Positions 29,994-40,609 of a stretch of 64,000 nt of DNA are shown here, piece after piece. A model generated the notes under the pieces. It made no database searches. It was not told the origin of the DNA and was given only the letters and a program-made list of their open reading frames with translations. Position 1 is the stretch's first letter. The number at the start of each line of letters is the position of its first letter. The position numbers and the translations under genes are program-made. The DNA is from an uncultured Planctomycetaceae bacterium (lineage in GTDB: Bacteria; Planctomycetota; Planctomycetia; Planctomycetales; Planctomycetaceae). The stretch spans positions 320,001 through 384,000 of the forward strand of contig CAWFGE010000010.1 in assembly GCA_963815195.1 (NCBI GenBank). Direction: 5' to 3'.

Positions 29994-30473
29994 TCAGTTT
30001 TTGGGTTTCTCTTTGAGCTTGCCGGGGTCGGTCGCGTAATTGATTGTCTGAAACCCCGCCGCCCGGCAGGCATCGTCCACGCGAATCACATCGCCCGCGG
30101 GCACGCGCCCGTCGATATCCAGGATGACCGGGCTGTCGGCGGACAGCTCGGCCAGGGATTTGAGCGCCTTTTCCAGCCGGTCCAAATCGGTGAACTCCGC
30201 CTCGTTCATTTCCACAACCGTCCGCCCCGCCGACTCGTTCCAATGGAGCTTGAGCCACACGTCCGTGACCCAGGGCGGCTTGTCCTTTTCCGGTTGGGGG
30301 TTCGCGGCTTCGATGTTGCCCGAAGACAGATCGACCGTCATTAAGGACTCGGCCATCACGCCTACCGAAGCGCACACGAAAAAGATCAATAGCAGAAACA
30401 CCACGTCGATCATCGGCGTCATCGCCTGATCGAACCGGGTTTCACGCCCATGTTGAAAGCTCGGCACGCGCAT
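29994..30473 (-). CDS. ExbD/TolR biopolymer transport protein
   Basis: MTPMIDVVFLLLIFF; PVILDIDGRVP. Confidence 0.9.
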   Translation of the reverse strand: MRVPSFQHGRETRFDQAMTPMIDVVFLLLIFFVCASVGVMAESLMTVDLSSGNIEAANPQPEKDKPPWVTDVWLKLHWNESAGRTVVEMNEAEFTDLDRLEKALKSLAELSADSPVILDIDGRVPAGDVIRVDDACRAAGFQTINYATDPGKLKEKPKN

Positions 30474-30479
30474 GGGAGG

Positions 30480-30895
30480 CTACGAATCCTTCAAAAACAC
30501 GGCAAACTTGAAAATCACGCCCGCGCGGCGCACGACAGCATCACCGGTTCGATCACGCGGAACGGGACCGTCTTGTCCGCCCGCACGTGGACCTCAAACC
30601 GCCCACCTTGCTCCACCTTCCCCGCCAGGATGAGCTGGTCGATCTGGGCATAGTCCACCGGTTCGCTGCGGATGCTCAACGATTGATCTTTGTGAATCGT
30701 GACCACGAGCGGCAGGGCTTTTTGGTTCTTTTCCTCTTTCTGCGTCGCCTCGGCCAGGTCGATTGCCTCGGCGTGCTCGCTCCGCACGAAATGGCTCGCC
30801 ACGAGAAAAAAGATGATCAGCAGAAACACCACGTCGATCATCGGCGTGATGTTGAACTGCAGACCACCGCGGCGTTCTCGCACGGGAATTTTCAT
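30480..30895 (-). CDS. ExbD/TolR protein; probable 1-nt indel near 30520
   Basis: NITPMIDVVFLLIIFFLV and VRADKTVPF; restoring the frame gives CARAGVIFKFAVFLKDS*. Confidence 0.88.
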
Positions 30896-30904
30896 GGTTT
30901 ATTC

Positions 30905-30941
30905 AGGGGCAAAGGCCACAGAGGAGCAAAGGCCACAAAGT
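30905..30941. repeat. Dispersed 37-bp repeat, copy 2
   Basis: aggggcaaaggccacagaggagcaaaggccacaaagt, 3 mismatches to 19254-19290. Confidence 0.6.
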
Positions 30942-30986
30942 GGAAAGTTCTTTCATTATCGCCGGTTTGGTTCGGCTCCCCGCCGA

Positions 30987-31850
30987 CTAGGGCACATTGG
31001 CCGACTTCGTTTCCGGCGGGCGTTTCCGCTGGCCGGCGGCGGCTTTTTTGCGGAGGATCAGGTTTCGCTTGTAGTCCGCGAAGACGTGCTCGGCCAACAG
31101 CGAAGACTCCGCGACGAGTTCGTCGATGCGGTTGCGGAACATCGCAAACGCCCCGAGCGCCGGGACCGCGACCATCAGGCCCAACAGCGTGGTCACGAGG
31201 GCCGTCGAGATTTTCGGAGCGAGTTCGGAGACCTGCGGATTGGAGGAAAGTTGGAAGGTGTGGAAGGCTTGAATCATCCCCCACACCGTGCCCATCAGCC
31301 CCAGCATCGGAGCCAGCGTGCCGATGACGTTCAGAAACTCGATCTTGCGAAACAGCCGGGCGGACTGCTCGGTGGCGGCGTCTTCCATCGACTTTTCCAC
31401 GGCGGAGTAATCCAGTTCCGCCTCGCTGATCCCGCACGCGAGCACGTGCCCCAAAAAGCTCGGGTTCGCCTGGCAGACTTCCTCGGCTTCGCGGAACTGC
31501 CCCTGGAGGATCAGCCGGTGCACTTCCTCGGCGAGTCCGCCGGGCATGAGGGCCGCCCGGCGGATGCTCAAGAGATGCTCGACGATGAGCGCCACCATCG
31601 CCACGCTGAGGGCGATAATAATCATTCCCACCACGCCCCCGGCCCGAAACAGCGAGCGGATGTCCAAATCCTGTTTTTCGTCGCCGGCGGTCTCCTCGCT
31701 CGGTTCACTGTCGCTCGCGGCGGGTGTGCTCTCCGGGGGAGTCGGCCCATCGGACGCTTGTGCCCACGCATTTCGATGGAGGGCGAGGAGCAGCATTAAG
31801 GTGCTCAGGCAGACGAACACCCAGTAAGCCGAACGGAAAAAAAAGCGCAT
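30987..31850 (-). CDS. MotA/TolQ/ExbB proton channel protein
   Basis: IGTLAPMLGLMGTVWGMI and ISTALVTTLLGLMVAVP. Confidence 0.93.
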   Translation of the reverse strand: MRFFFRSAYWVFVCLSTLMLLLALHRNAWAQASDGPTPPESTPAASDSEPSEETAGDEKQDLDIRSLFRAGGVVGMIIIALSVAMVALIVEHLLSIRRAALMPGGLAEEVHRLILQGQFREAEEVCQANPSFLGHVLACGISEAELDYSAVEKSMEDAATEQSARLFRKIEFLNVIGTLAPMLGLMGTVWGMIQAFHTFQLSSNPQVSELAPKISTALVTTLLGLMVAVPALGAFAMFRNRIDELVAESSLLAEHVFADYKRNLILRKKAAAGQRKRPPETKSANVP

Positions 31851-31857
31851 AGAGTGC

Positions 31858-32931
31858 CTATGGTGTCTGGGAAGACTCGATCGATATGGACGAGGAAGGC
31901 GTGGATCTTAATGATTCGAGCATCTGCCGGGCATCCAGAGCGTAGGAGCTTCGCCCGTAGCGCTCGGCCACTTCGCGGTAGAGCATGACCGCTTCGGTTT
32001 GCTGGCCGATGGCTTTCAAAGACTCCGCGGCATCCAGGCACGCGAGGGCGGAGAGTTGATAATCGTGATCGAACACCAGCGGGACCCACAACAGCGAAGC
32101 GGCGGCCCGGTCGTATTGCCGGCGCTGCCGGCGGCCTTCGCCGATGACGAAATAGGCCCCGCCGCGAAGTTTCGGGGGCATGGCCCGGACCATGTCCTGC
32201 CAGCGGTCCAAAGTCTGGCTTTCGACCTTCCCGCTTTGCAGGTCGAGCCGCCAAAGCTGGGCAATCGCGAGATGCCGGATGCGGGGGTCGGCATTCGTGT
32301 GGAACTGGCGGAGATCGATCGCCGCCGAGCTTTGATACTTGGGATCAAACAGCAGCCCGCTCGCGGCCAAAAGCTTCGCGGCGGGCGTCTTTCGCTCTTG
32401 CCATTGGAGAGCCGCGGCTTTCAATTGCGCATCGGGCGGCGAGGTGGTCCACACGAGCGGGATGTGGTTGAAGTGCAGCGTCGTTTTGTCGCTGTCATAG
32501 ATCATCAAGAACCGCTCGCCCGCCTGGGCATAGTTGTTCTGCCGGAGCGCGCACTTCACGAGCATCGCGAGGATGTCCCGACGAACCCAGTCCCGCGGCT
32601 CCTGCTTCAAGGCTTCTTCAAACAATTTGACCGCTGCCTCGGTGTCGCCGGCGGCAAACTTCTCCAGCCCCTCGGCGTGGGCTTGCACTTGGGCCGTCTC
32701 GATCGAGATGACTTCCGACGAGGACTTGATGGTCGTCGGCCCCTCGTCCCGCGTCTGAAAGCGGATATATTCCCCGGTGTAGCTCAAGACGGTGCACACC
32801 ACGCGAACCCGGCTGCCGTTGTCCTCGTTGAGCAGCGTGACCTTATCCCGCGTCGTCTGCGCTTGAGCGGCTGGAGGCAGCCCGCCCCAAACCGCGAGTG
32901 TCGAACCGAATAGCAGAAGCGCAGATTTCAC
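31858..32931 (-). CDS. Secreted TPR-repeat protein
   Basis: Signal peptide and helical TPR-like repeats; start overlaps the upstream stop. Confidence 0.75.
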   Translation of the reverse strand: MKSALLLFGSTLAVWGGLPPAAQAQTTRDKVTLLNEDNGSRVRVVCTVLSYTGEYIRFQTRDEGPTTIKSSSEVISIETAQVQAHAEGLEKFAAGDTEAAVKLFEEALKQEPRDWVRRDILAMLVKCALRQNNYAQAGERFLMIYDSDKTTLHFNHIPLVWTTSPPDAQLKAAALQWQERKTPAAKLLAASGLLFDPKYQSSAAIDLRQFHTNADPRIRHLAIAQLWRLDLQSGKVESQTLDRWQDMVRAMPPKLRGGAYFVIGEGRRQRRQYDRAAASLLWVPLVFDHDYQLSALACLDAAESLKAIGQQTEAVMLYREVAERYGRSSYALDARQMLESLRSTPSSSISIESSQTP

Positions 32932-34043
32932 GTTCCAGGGCTTTCGAGTTTCGAGATGTCCATGTAGGAATAGGTGCCGCGGTTTTCGCTCGCGAGTTGC
33001 TGGAGGAAGTTCTGAGCCGGCGTTTTCAGGTTCGGGCCTTCGCCGAACTGGATGCAGTTGATGTGTGTCTTATGGCCTTTGTTGTATTCCGCGCGGATCG
33101 TAAACAGGTCTCCCGCGGAGAGCCGGTCCTGGTCGGCGTCGGTGAGGAGGAAGATCACATCGGGTTTTAAGTCGAGCGCCGCTTGGAGAGCCGGCATATG
33201 CTTCGTCCCCCCGTTCGCCCCCAGGCTGTTGATAAAAAAGGCGGCCAGGTTGAGGTTCGGCCGCGTTGCGCGGTACAGCGAACTCGAAGTTCCCTTGTCG
33301 TTTCCCAAATGCATGACCTTGATGAGATGCGTGTAGGAGATGATTTGAAACTCTTGTTTCTGGTTCAAGCCGTTGATGCTTTGCATCAGCTTCTGCCGGG
33401 CGAAGCCGATGGCGTTGTTTGTGGACATGCTGCTCGACGTATCGATGACATACACCACCGTTTGCGCGGGCGAGGTCTGGCCCATAAAGCTGACGTCCCC
33501 CGGACCGTCGCCTTTGGCCGGGGGCGTATAAATCGAGTTGGCGGTGACGGTCGCTTCGCTGACGTCGGGCACACCCGAGGGCGGCGGCACCGCGGCGCTC
33601 TGGCCGATGACCGAGCGGGGTTTGACGTCGGGAAGATCGATCAGGTCCTTCGCAGCGGCGTCGGTTTCTTGCGTGGACGGGGCGGCGGACGACGTCGCGG
33701 CGGCCGTCTGGGACTGATTGTTTTGAAGCTCTTCGTCTTTTTGTTCTTCCGGGCGTTCGGGGGACGTGGTGGGTTCCTTGATGTAAATCCCGACCTCGCG
33801 GAAGTCGCCGTGGTCGGCCCCGGTGCCGATTTGCTCATCGCCGCAACTGGGTATGCCCGACGTCACCAGAAACACAATCACCGCCGCATGCAGCGTGCCC
33901 GAGAGCAACCAGCCCGGCACCGCGGCGAAGGACGACGGCCGGGCGGCATCGGGATTGGGGCGCGACTCCGCGGAGGCAGAATCGGCTGCGGGGGAAGGTG
34001 TGGGAGAGGTTGGCATGATGAAGCGGACGGGAAGAGAGGGCAC
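32928..34043 (-). CDS. Membrane-anchored vWA-like protein (start may be 34016)
   Basis: TM SGTLHAAVIVFL, Pro/Ala-rich linker, VYVIDTSSSM, GGT and IFLLTD. Confidence 0.8.
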   Translation of the reverse strand: MPSLPVRFIMPTSPTPSPAADSASAESRPNPDAARPSSFAAVPGWLLSGTLHAAVIVFLVTSGIPSCGDEQIGTGADHGDFREVGIYIKEPTTSPERPEEQKDEELQNNQSQTAAATSSAAPSTQETDAAAKDLIDLPDVKPRSVIGQSAAVPPPSGVPDVSEATVTANSIYTPPAKGDGPGDVSFMGQTSPAQTVVYVIDTSSSMSTNNAIGFARQKLMQSINGLNQKQEFQIISYTHLIKVMHLGNDKGTSSSLYRATRPNLNLAAFFINSLGANGGTKHMPALQAALDLKPDVIFLLTDADQDRLSAGDLFTIRAEYNKGHKTHINCIQFGEGPNLKTPAQNFLQQLASENRGTYSYMDISKLESPGT

Positions 34044-34284
34044 GAGGATAAGAACGGATTACCCCTATCAGTTAGTCTAGGCGGCAAGCGAAATTGAGTC
34101 AACATGAGCAATTTGCGTTCAGCGGTGAAAACGCGGCGAAGAACGTGCGCCCTGGCTGGGCCAATGCTTAGAGGGGGCGACGGTGAGACATCGATCCGTT
34201 TTCGGAGGCCAACTGGCGGACCGCCCTGGCGGAGCCCGTGGCACACTCCAGTGGTGATTTGAGATCGCGGCCGGGCGGGTTATC

Positions 34285-35622
34285 ATGGCTGAGTTTGAGA
34301 TCGGCTTTCGCAATCGGGAAAAACTGATGTCCACGGCTCCTGTTGACCTCTCGGCGGACGTTTCGCGCGTGACGCGCTGGCGGACATTGGTCTGCTTGCT
34401 CCTGTTGGGGGCGACGTTTTTGAACTACGCGAACCGGTTCGCCTTCACGCAGAACGCGATGCGGATTCAAGAAGCGTTCGAAACCGACGAAGCCGGCTAC
34501 GGGAAGCTCGCGGGAAAATTCAGCGCGGGCTTTGCCTGCGGGGGATTGTTATTCGGCATCCTGGCGGACATGATCAGCGTGCGGCTTCTGTATCCGTTCG
34601 TGGTGATCGTCTGGTCGATTGCGGGGCTTTCGTCGGGATTGGCGGCCGATCTGTTTGGGTTGGGCGTTTGCCGGTTTTTGTTGGGGCTGTTCGAAGCCGG
34701 GCATTGGCCGTGCGCGCTGCGGACGACGCAGCGGGTGTTTCTACCCGACCGCCGCGTGTGGGCAAACAGCGTGCTGCAAAGCGGGGCGTCGCTGGGAGCG
34801 GTCGCCACGCCGCTGTTGGTGCTAGGGCTCTATCATGCGGACCCGGCCGTGTGGCGGTGGGCGTTTTTCATCGTGGGCGGTTTGGGGCTCCCTTGGGCGT
34901 TGGGCTGGCTGATGACCGTCGGCGAAGAGGACGTGCGGCGGCCGGTCATTCAAACGGACGAAACGAGCGCCGGCGTCGGCGAACGGAAGGAACTTCAGGA
35001 GGTGCCGTTCTATCAACTGTTTTTGACGCGCCGCTGGTGGCTGCTGTTGATCGTGGTTGTGTGCATCAACACGCTTTGGCATTATGTCCGCGTGTGGATG
35101 CCGGTGCTTTTGGAAAAGGACCACGGTTATTCGCCGGAGTTCGTGCAGACGTTCTCCTCGTGTTATTACTTGTCCACGTTTTTCGGCAGCATTGCTGCGG
35201 GCGTTCTGGTGTCGCGGCTCGCCGCTCGCGGTTGGAACGTCCACCGCGCCCGGCTCGCGTGTTTTTTGGGGTTCGGACTGTTGGCGACGCTGTCGGTCCC
35301 GGCGGCGTTTCTGCCACGGGGGCCGTGGCTGCTGGCTTTGCTGCTGTTGGTCGCGTTCGGATCGTTGGGGTTGTTTCCGATTTATTATTCCCTCAACCAA
35401 GAGCTGTCCGCCAAGAACCAGGGCAAAGTCGGGGGCACGCTGAGTTTCGCCACCTGGGGGATTCTCGCCTTCGTGCACCCGGCAATCGGGGCGTGGGTCA
35501 AGTCGGATCCGAGCATTCGCCCGTGGCTGTTTGCCGGTGTCGGGTTCGGACCGCTGATTGCATTCGCCGTCATTTCCCTGTTCTGGGGCCGGCGGCCGGC
35601 GGATGCCGCGATTTCGGAATGA
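34285..35622 (+). CDS. MFS transporter (ACS/ExuT-like)
   Basis: ATFLNYANR, RFLLGLFEAGHWP; about 12 TM helices; start may be 34327. Confidence 0.88.
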   Translation: MAEFEIGFRNREKLMSTAPVDLSADVSRVTRWRTLVCLLLLGATFLNYANRFAFTQNAMRIQEAFETDEAGYGKLAGKFSAGFACGGLLFGILADMISVRLLYPFVVIVWSIAGLSSGLAADLFGLGVCRFLLGLFEAGHWPCALRTTQRVFLPDRRVWANSVLQSGASLGAVATPLLVLGLYHADPAVWRWAFFIVGGLGLPWALGWLMTVGEEDVRRPVIQTDETSAGVGERKELQEVPFYQLFLTRRWWLLLIVVVCINTLWHYVRVWMPVLLEKDHGYSPEFVQTFSSCYYLSTFFGSIAAGVLVSRLAARGWNVHRARLACFLGFGLLATLSVPAAFLPRGPWLLALLLLVAFGSLGLFPIYYSLNQELSAKNQGKVGGTLSFATWGILAFVHPAIGAWVKSDPSIRPWLFAGVGFGPLIAFAVISLFWGRRPADAAISE

Positions 35623-35700
35623 TCTGCGACATCGTTCCCTGCACAAACTGGTTGGGTTTGATTATGATGCGGGCGTTTTGAGGGCAGGACTTTTCAGGAG

Positions 35701-36492
35701 ATGACATCCATGAGTTTTTCAGGCCGAACGGCATTGGTGACGGGGGCTTCGCGGGGCATCGGACGGGCGTGCGCAATCGAACTGGCGCGGGGCGGGATCA
35801 ATGTGGGCATCAATTTTCGCTCGCATCCCGAAGAAGCCGAGGAAGCGGCCGAGGAAGTAAAAAAAGCCGGGGCCGAGGCGATTTTGCTCAAAGCCGACGT
35901 GGCCGATCAATCGGCGGTGGAGGACATGGTGGCCCGCGTGGTGTCCGAATGGGGCCGGCTGGATTATTACATTTCCAACGCCGCCTACAGCGACCGCGAG
36001 CTGATGGTCGATGCCGACATCGAGGGCTTTCGCCGCACGATCGACGTTTCGATGTGGGGGGCGTTTTACGGCGTCAGGGCGGCGGCGCGGCAGATGATCC
36101 AGCAAGGCGGCGGCGGGGCGATCGGCATTGTCAGTTCGCCGCACGCCGTGCTCGCGATTCCGACTTCGATGGCCTACAACATGGCCAAGGCCGCCATCGA
36201 CCACATGGCCCGCACCGCCGCGATCGAACTCGCCCCGCACCGCATTCGGGTCAACATCGTGCATCCCGGCTGGATCGACACGCCGGGCGAACGCAAGTTC
36301 TTCACCGAAGAGCAAATCGAACAGGGTGCCAAGGCCCTGCCCCTGGGCCGGCTCGGGCAGGCGTCCGAAATCGCCAAGGCCGTCGCTTATACTCTGAGCG
36401 ATGAAGCCGCGTACATGACCGGCAGCACCCTGACCATCGACGGCGGCGTGAGCCTTCCCTGGTGGTCGAACCGCGCGGAAGGACAAATGTAA
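35701..36492 (+). CDS. SDR family oxidoreductase
   Basis: [17 protein letters not shown] and PGWIDTPGE. Confidence 0.93.
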   Translation: MTSMSFSGRTALVTGASRGIGRACAIELARGGINVGINFRSHPEEAEEAAEEVKKAGAEAILLKADVADQSAVEDMVARVVSEWGRLDYYISNAAYSDRELMVDADIEGFRRTIDVSMWGAFYGVRAAARQMIQQGGGGAIGIVSSPHAVLAIPTSMAYNMAKAAIDHMARTAAIELAPHRIRVNIVHPGWIDTPGERKFFTEEQIEQGAKALPLGRLGQASEIAKAVAYTLSDEAAYMTGSTLTIDGGVSLPWWSNRAEGQM

Positions 36493-36503
36493 AAGGACCA
36501 AAC

Positions 36504-37865
36504 ATGGAAAACGTCGCGAGTTATCTGGAAGAGCAAGCCGACCGGTTTGTGGAGGATCTCAAGGCCCTGCTGCGGATTCCCAGCGTGAGTGCGGACTCGG
36601 CTTACAAAGCCGACGTGCGAAAGGCCGCGGAATATGTAAGACAGCAGCTCGCCTCGGCCGGTTTGGAGACCGAGCTTTACGAGACGGCGGGGAACCCGAT
36701 TATTTATGCGAGTTGGCTCGGAGCCGAGGGCCAGCCGACGGCTTTGGTGTATGGACATTATGATGTCCAGCCGCCTGACCCGCTCGATGAATGGGAGACG
36801 CCGCCCTTCGAACCGAGCGTTCGCGACGGCAAAATCTTCGCGCGGGGAGCGACCGACGACAAAGGCCAGATGCTGACGCACGTCAAGTCCGTCGAAGCCT
36901 GGATGAAAACGGAAGGCCGATTGCCGATCAATATCAAGTTCGTCATCGAAGGCGAAGAAGAAGTCGGCGGCGACAACCTGGATCGGTTTCTCCAGGAGCA
37001 CAAAGACCTGTTGGCCTGCGACGTGGTCGTGGTCAGCGATACCAGCCAATATGCCCCCGGGAGGCCCGCGATCACTTACGGCCTCCGCGGGAATTTCGGC
37101 TGCGAAATTACGCTCCGCGGCCCCAGGCAGGATTTGCACAGCGGGATGTTTGGCGGCTCCGTCGCCAATCCCGCCAATGCCCTGGCCCGCATGATCGCGG
37201 CTTTGCACGACGACAACGGCCGGGTGCGGATTCCCGGCTTTTATGACGACGTCCTGCCGCTGTCCGACGAAGAACGCCGGGCGTTCGCGAACCTTCCGTT
37301 CGATGAGGCGTCTTTTCTGGAGAAGCTCGGGTTGGGCGCCCCGTTTGGCGAGGAAGGTTTTACCACGCTCGAACGCCGCTGGGCCAGACCGACCTGTGAT
37401 GTCAACGGGATCAAAAGCGGCTACACCGGCGAAGGTCCGAAGACGATCGTCCCCGCCAAGGCGATGGCGAAACTCAGTTGCCGGCTGGTCCCCAATCAGG
37501 ATCCGGAAAAATTGCTCCAGGCTTTGCGAGATTTCCTCGAAGAACAACTTCGGCCCGGTTTGCAAATGGAATTCAAACCCTACCACGGCGGACCGGGGTT
37601 GGTGTTTGCGACCGACAGCCCGTTCATGCAGGCGGCCCGCCGGGCGATCGAGTTCTCCTTCGGCACGCCGCCGGTAATGATCCGTGAAGGCGGCTCGATC
37701 CCCGTGGTTTCGGCCTTTCGGCAGATTTTGGGAGTCGATACACTCCTGTTGGGCTGGGGCCAGGACACCGACAACCTCCACAGCCCCAACGAACATTTTA
37801 CCTTGGCCGATTTTCACCGGGGCATCAAAGCCAGTGCCGCGCTCTGGCAGGAACTAAAAAGTTAG
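36504..37865 (+). CDS. M20 dipeptidase
   Basis: [28 protein letters not shown] and HSPNE. Confidence 0.93.
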   Translation: MENVASYLEEQADRFVEDLKALLRIPSVSADSAYKADVRKAAEYVRQQLASAGLETELYETAGNPIIYASWLGAEGQPTALVYGHYDVQPPDPLDEWETPPFEPSVRDGKIFARGATDDKGQMLTHVKSVEAWMKTEGRLPINIKFVIEGEEEVGGDNLDRFLQEHKDLLACDVVVVSDTSQYAPGRPAITYGLRGNFGCEITLRGPRQDLHSGMFGGSVANPANALARMIAALHDDNGRVRIPGFYDDVLPLSDEERRAFANLPFDEASFLEKLGLGAPFGEEGFTTLERRWARPTCDVNGIKSGYTGEGPKTIVPAKAMAKLSCRLVPNQDPEKLLQALRDFLEEQLRPGLQMEFKPYHGGPGLVFATDSPFMQAARRAIEFSFGTPPVMIREGGSIPVVSAFRQILGVDTLLLGWGQDTDNLHSPNEHFTLADFHRGIKASAALWQELKS

Positions 37866-37969
37866 GGCGAGCGGGGGGTGTAAACCCCCTGGTTGGTTTG
37901 AACATTTAAGGATATTCGTTTGCTGGAGCACTCGTGAGTCATCTGCCGGCTTACACCGGCCGCTCGCCT
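37864..37969. repeat. REP-like doublet (GGCGAGCGG family)
   Basis: agggcgagcggggggtgtaaaccccct and inverted ccggcttacaccggccgctcgcct. Confidence 0.6.
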
Positions 37970-37998
37970 GGTCTAAAGAAGTCATCGAAAGACAAATC

Positions 37999-39280
37999 AT
38001 GTTGGACCTTCAATTCATTTGCGAAAACAAGGAGGCCGTCGCGGAGAACTGCCGAAACCGCGGCGTCGCCGTGAATTTGGATCGGCTGATCGACCTTCGC
38101 GAGGCCCGGAACCAATTGATCGTCGAAGGCGATCAGCTTCGGCACGAGCAGAAAGAACTCTCGAACGAGATCCCCAAAACCAAAGACGCCGACAAAAAGC
38201 AGGCCCTGATTGCCCGCGGCCGAGAGTTGCGGGAGCAAATCGCCACGAATGAAGTCGCCCAGAAGGAATACGAGGCCGAGCTGCGGATCGAGCAGGCCCG
38301 CATTCCCAACATGACCCACCCCGACTCCCCCGTGGGCCGCACGGAAGAGGACAGCAAGACGCTGCGGACGTGGGGCGAGATTCCCAAGTTCGATTTCGAG
38401 CCGCTCGATCACTTGGACCTTGCGGAAAAGCACGATCTGATCGATCTGGAAGCCGGGGCGCGGGTGGCGGGGCACGGGTTTTATTTCCTCAAGAACGAAG
38501 CCGTGCTTCTCGAAACCTCGCTCGTACAATATGCCTTGCAGAAATTGCGGGCCGCGGGTTTCACGTTGATGAGCACGCCCGACATCGCCCGGGATGAAGT
38601 CCTCGAAGGCATCGGCTTTATTCCCCGCGGCGAGGAGGCTCAGAATCTATTCCATCCAGGACACCGATTTGAGCCTGGTGGCGACGGCGGAAATCACGCT
38701 GGGCGGTTCGCTCAAAGATCAAGTTTTGGACGTGTCGAAACTGCCCATCAAGCTCGCGGGGCTGTCGCATTGCTTCCGCACCGAAGCCGGCGCCCACGGC
38801 CGCGCCACGCGCGGGATTTACCGAGTCCATCAGTTTACGAAGGTGGAGATCTTCGGCTTCACCGCCCCCGATCTGGAACTGTCCAACCCCTTTCACGAAC
38901 AAATCGTCGCAATCGAGGAAGAGATTTTCCAAGGCCTGAAAATTCCCTACCGGGTGATCGACACCGCCACCGGCGATTTGGGCGGGCCGGCTTACCGCAA
39001 ATTCGATCTGGAAGCCTGGATGCCCGGGCGAGGCGAAGGCGGTGCGTTTGGCGAAGTGACCTCGGCGTCCAACTGCACCGACTACCAGGCCCGCCGATTG
39101 GGCATTCGCTGCAAATCGCCCGACCGCAAAGGCACAGAGTTCGTGCACACGCTCAACGGCACCGCCGTCGCCAGCACCCGGGCGATCATCGCCATCCTGG
39201 AAAACTACCAGCAAGCCGACGGCAGCATCCTCATCCCCGAAATCCTCCGCCCCTGGGTCGGCGAGGAAAGAATCGGCTAA
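37999..39280 (+). CDS. serS: Serine--tRNA ligase; +1 frameshift near 38643, likely a sequencing error
   Basis: MLDLQFI coiled-coil arm, IPN, TAE, CFRTEAG..RG.YRVHQF.KVE, EVTSASNCTDYQARRL and HTLNGT. Confidence 0.96.
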
Positions 39281-39381
39281 CAGGGAGAGGTCTAAGCTAA
39301 GGAGTTGGCCGCAGATTCTCGTGGCCCGCACGTGGTGGAACGGATATAATGGCCTAATGAGCAATCCGAGGAGGAAGAATC

Positions 39382-39921
39382 ATGCACCGCGTGCGAATTG
39401 TCATTCAGCACAATCCTGACGATCCCGCTGACGACCTGCGGTGGGCCGCCCGATTGCGGCGCGACCTCTGGGCGCACTCCTCAGTGGAAATCGATCCCGA
39501 CAGCGCAAAACACGCCACGCACCGAAATGGCGAGGGGAATGCCTACTTCGAATTTGCCACCAACCATTTGCCTGAAGTTCGTCGCATCGTCGAGGATTAC
39601 GGATACAAGGACCGCGCAAGCGTCGAAGTGATTCAGGAGGGGCAGGGCACGGAATGCGTGAATTGTGGTTATATCTCTCCAGAATTGGCAACGGTCTGTC
39701 CGAATTGTCATTTTCGCGATATTGGACCGTGTCCTTACTGTAACAATGAAGTGGCCCGATTAAACTACATTTCGATCGCCGGCGATTTGTTTCAATGTCC
39801 GATTTGCCACCACCGGGTCCGGTTCCAATTCCATGATCCTTTGTTCGATGCGAGCGGCCATTACAATCAGCCGTTGGTTCGCGTCAATCCCGCCGAGGCG
39901 CCGGTCGAACATGATGTTTGA
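39382..39921 (+). CDS. Double zinc-ribbon hypothetical protein
   Basis: TATAAT at 39345 and GAGGAGG RBS; four CxxC pairs (CVNC, CPNC, CPYC, CPIC). Confidence 0.8.
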   Translation: MHRVRIVIQHNPDDPADDLRWAARLRRDLWAHSSVEIDPDSAKHATHRNGEGNAYFEFATNHLPEVRRIVEDYGYKDRASVEVIQEGQGTECVNCGYISPELATVCPNCHFRDIGPCPYCNNEVARLNYISIAGDLFQCPICHHRVRFQFHDPLFDASGHYNQPLVRVNPAEAPVEHDV

Positions 39922-40609
39922 CGAGCACGGCCATATCCTCCTCACACCGCGCGAAGTCAGGCAGCAGGCGTTCGATGACCCAGACGGACTCATCAATCAT
40001 GCCCTGATGCCTGGCACCCCTCTCGGGTTTCCCACGTATACCCAATATGCCCGGTTCGTTGATTATCTGTCCGCGAAGTTGGGAATCCATCCACATCACT
40101 TCCTGTTTCGAGGAAGCACAAAGATCGGGTTTAGTATTTCGCCCAATCGGGAAAAGAAAAAAACGTGGCGCAGGTTTGGAGCGGGTTCGGATTTGGACTT
40201 GGCCATTGCCGATCCGCATTTCTATGCGACGGTGGATGAGGCAGTTCGCCGGCATGACCGTATCTCAGAAAATCGCAAGCAAGTTTTCCAATATCGAAGC
40301 GGGACGGAGTTTTATAAGTACGAGAACCGCATCCATCAAAAGGGCCGGCACGATTGCTATCGGTTCTTCGATCTTCCGCGCGGCCTCTCCTGCCTCACCG
40401 AACTCGAGGAAGTTTTGAGGAATGCACCGGTTGACGATTGTTGCGTTTTTAAATTCGTCGAATTCAAGGCGTTCATTTTCCGCGACCGATGCGCGGTGCA
40501 TCGGCGGTATCATACCGACTTGGATGATCTTCGCCGCGGACTGACGACAAAATTCGATCGCCTGCCCGAACCGCCCGAGGAACCTTTCGGGAATGACGAA
40601 TTGGTTTAG
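39911..40609 (+). CDS. Pol-beta-superfamily nucleotidyltransferase-like protein
   Basis: hRGS..GFS...SDLDLAI (GS plus DxD); ATG overlaps the upstream gene end. Confidence 0.65.
   Translation: MMFDEHGHILLTPREVRQQAFDDPDGLINHALMPGTPLGFPTYTQYARFVDYLSAKLGIHPHHFLFRGSTKIGFSISPNREKKKTWRRFGAGSDLDLAIADPHFYATVDEAVRRHDRISENRKQVFQYRSGTEFYKYENRIHQKGRHDCYRFFDLPRGLSCLTELEEVLRNAPVDDCCVFKFVEFKAFIFRDRCAVHRRYHTDLDDLRRGLTTKFDRLPEPPEEPFGNDELV

Noticed and set aside
37999..39280. Programmed frameshift or pseudogenisation of serS and other split genes
   Set aside because: No shared slippery motif was seen, serS is essential, and indels are scattered across many genes, so sequencing error is more likely.
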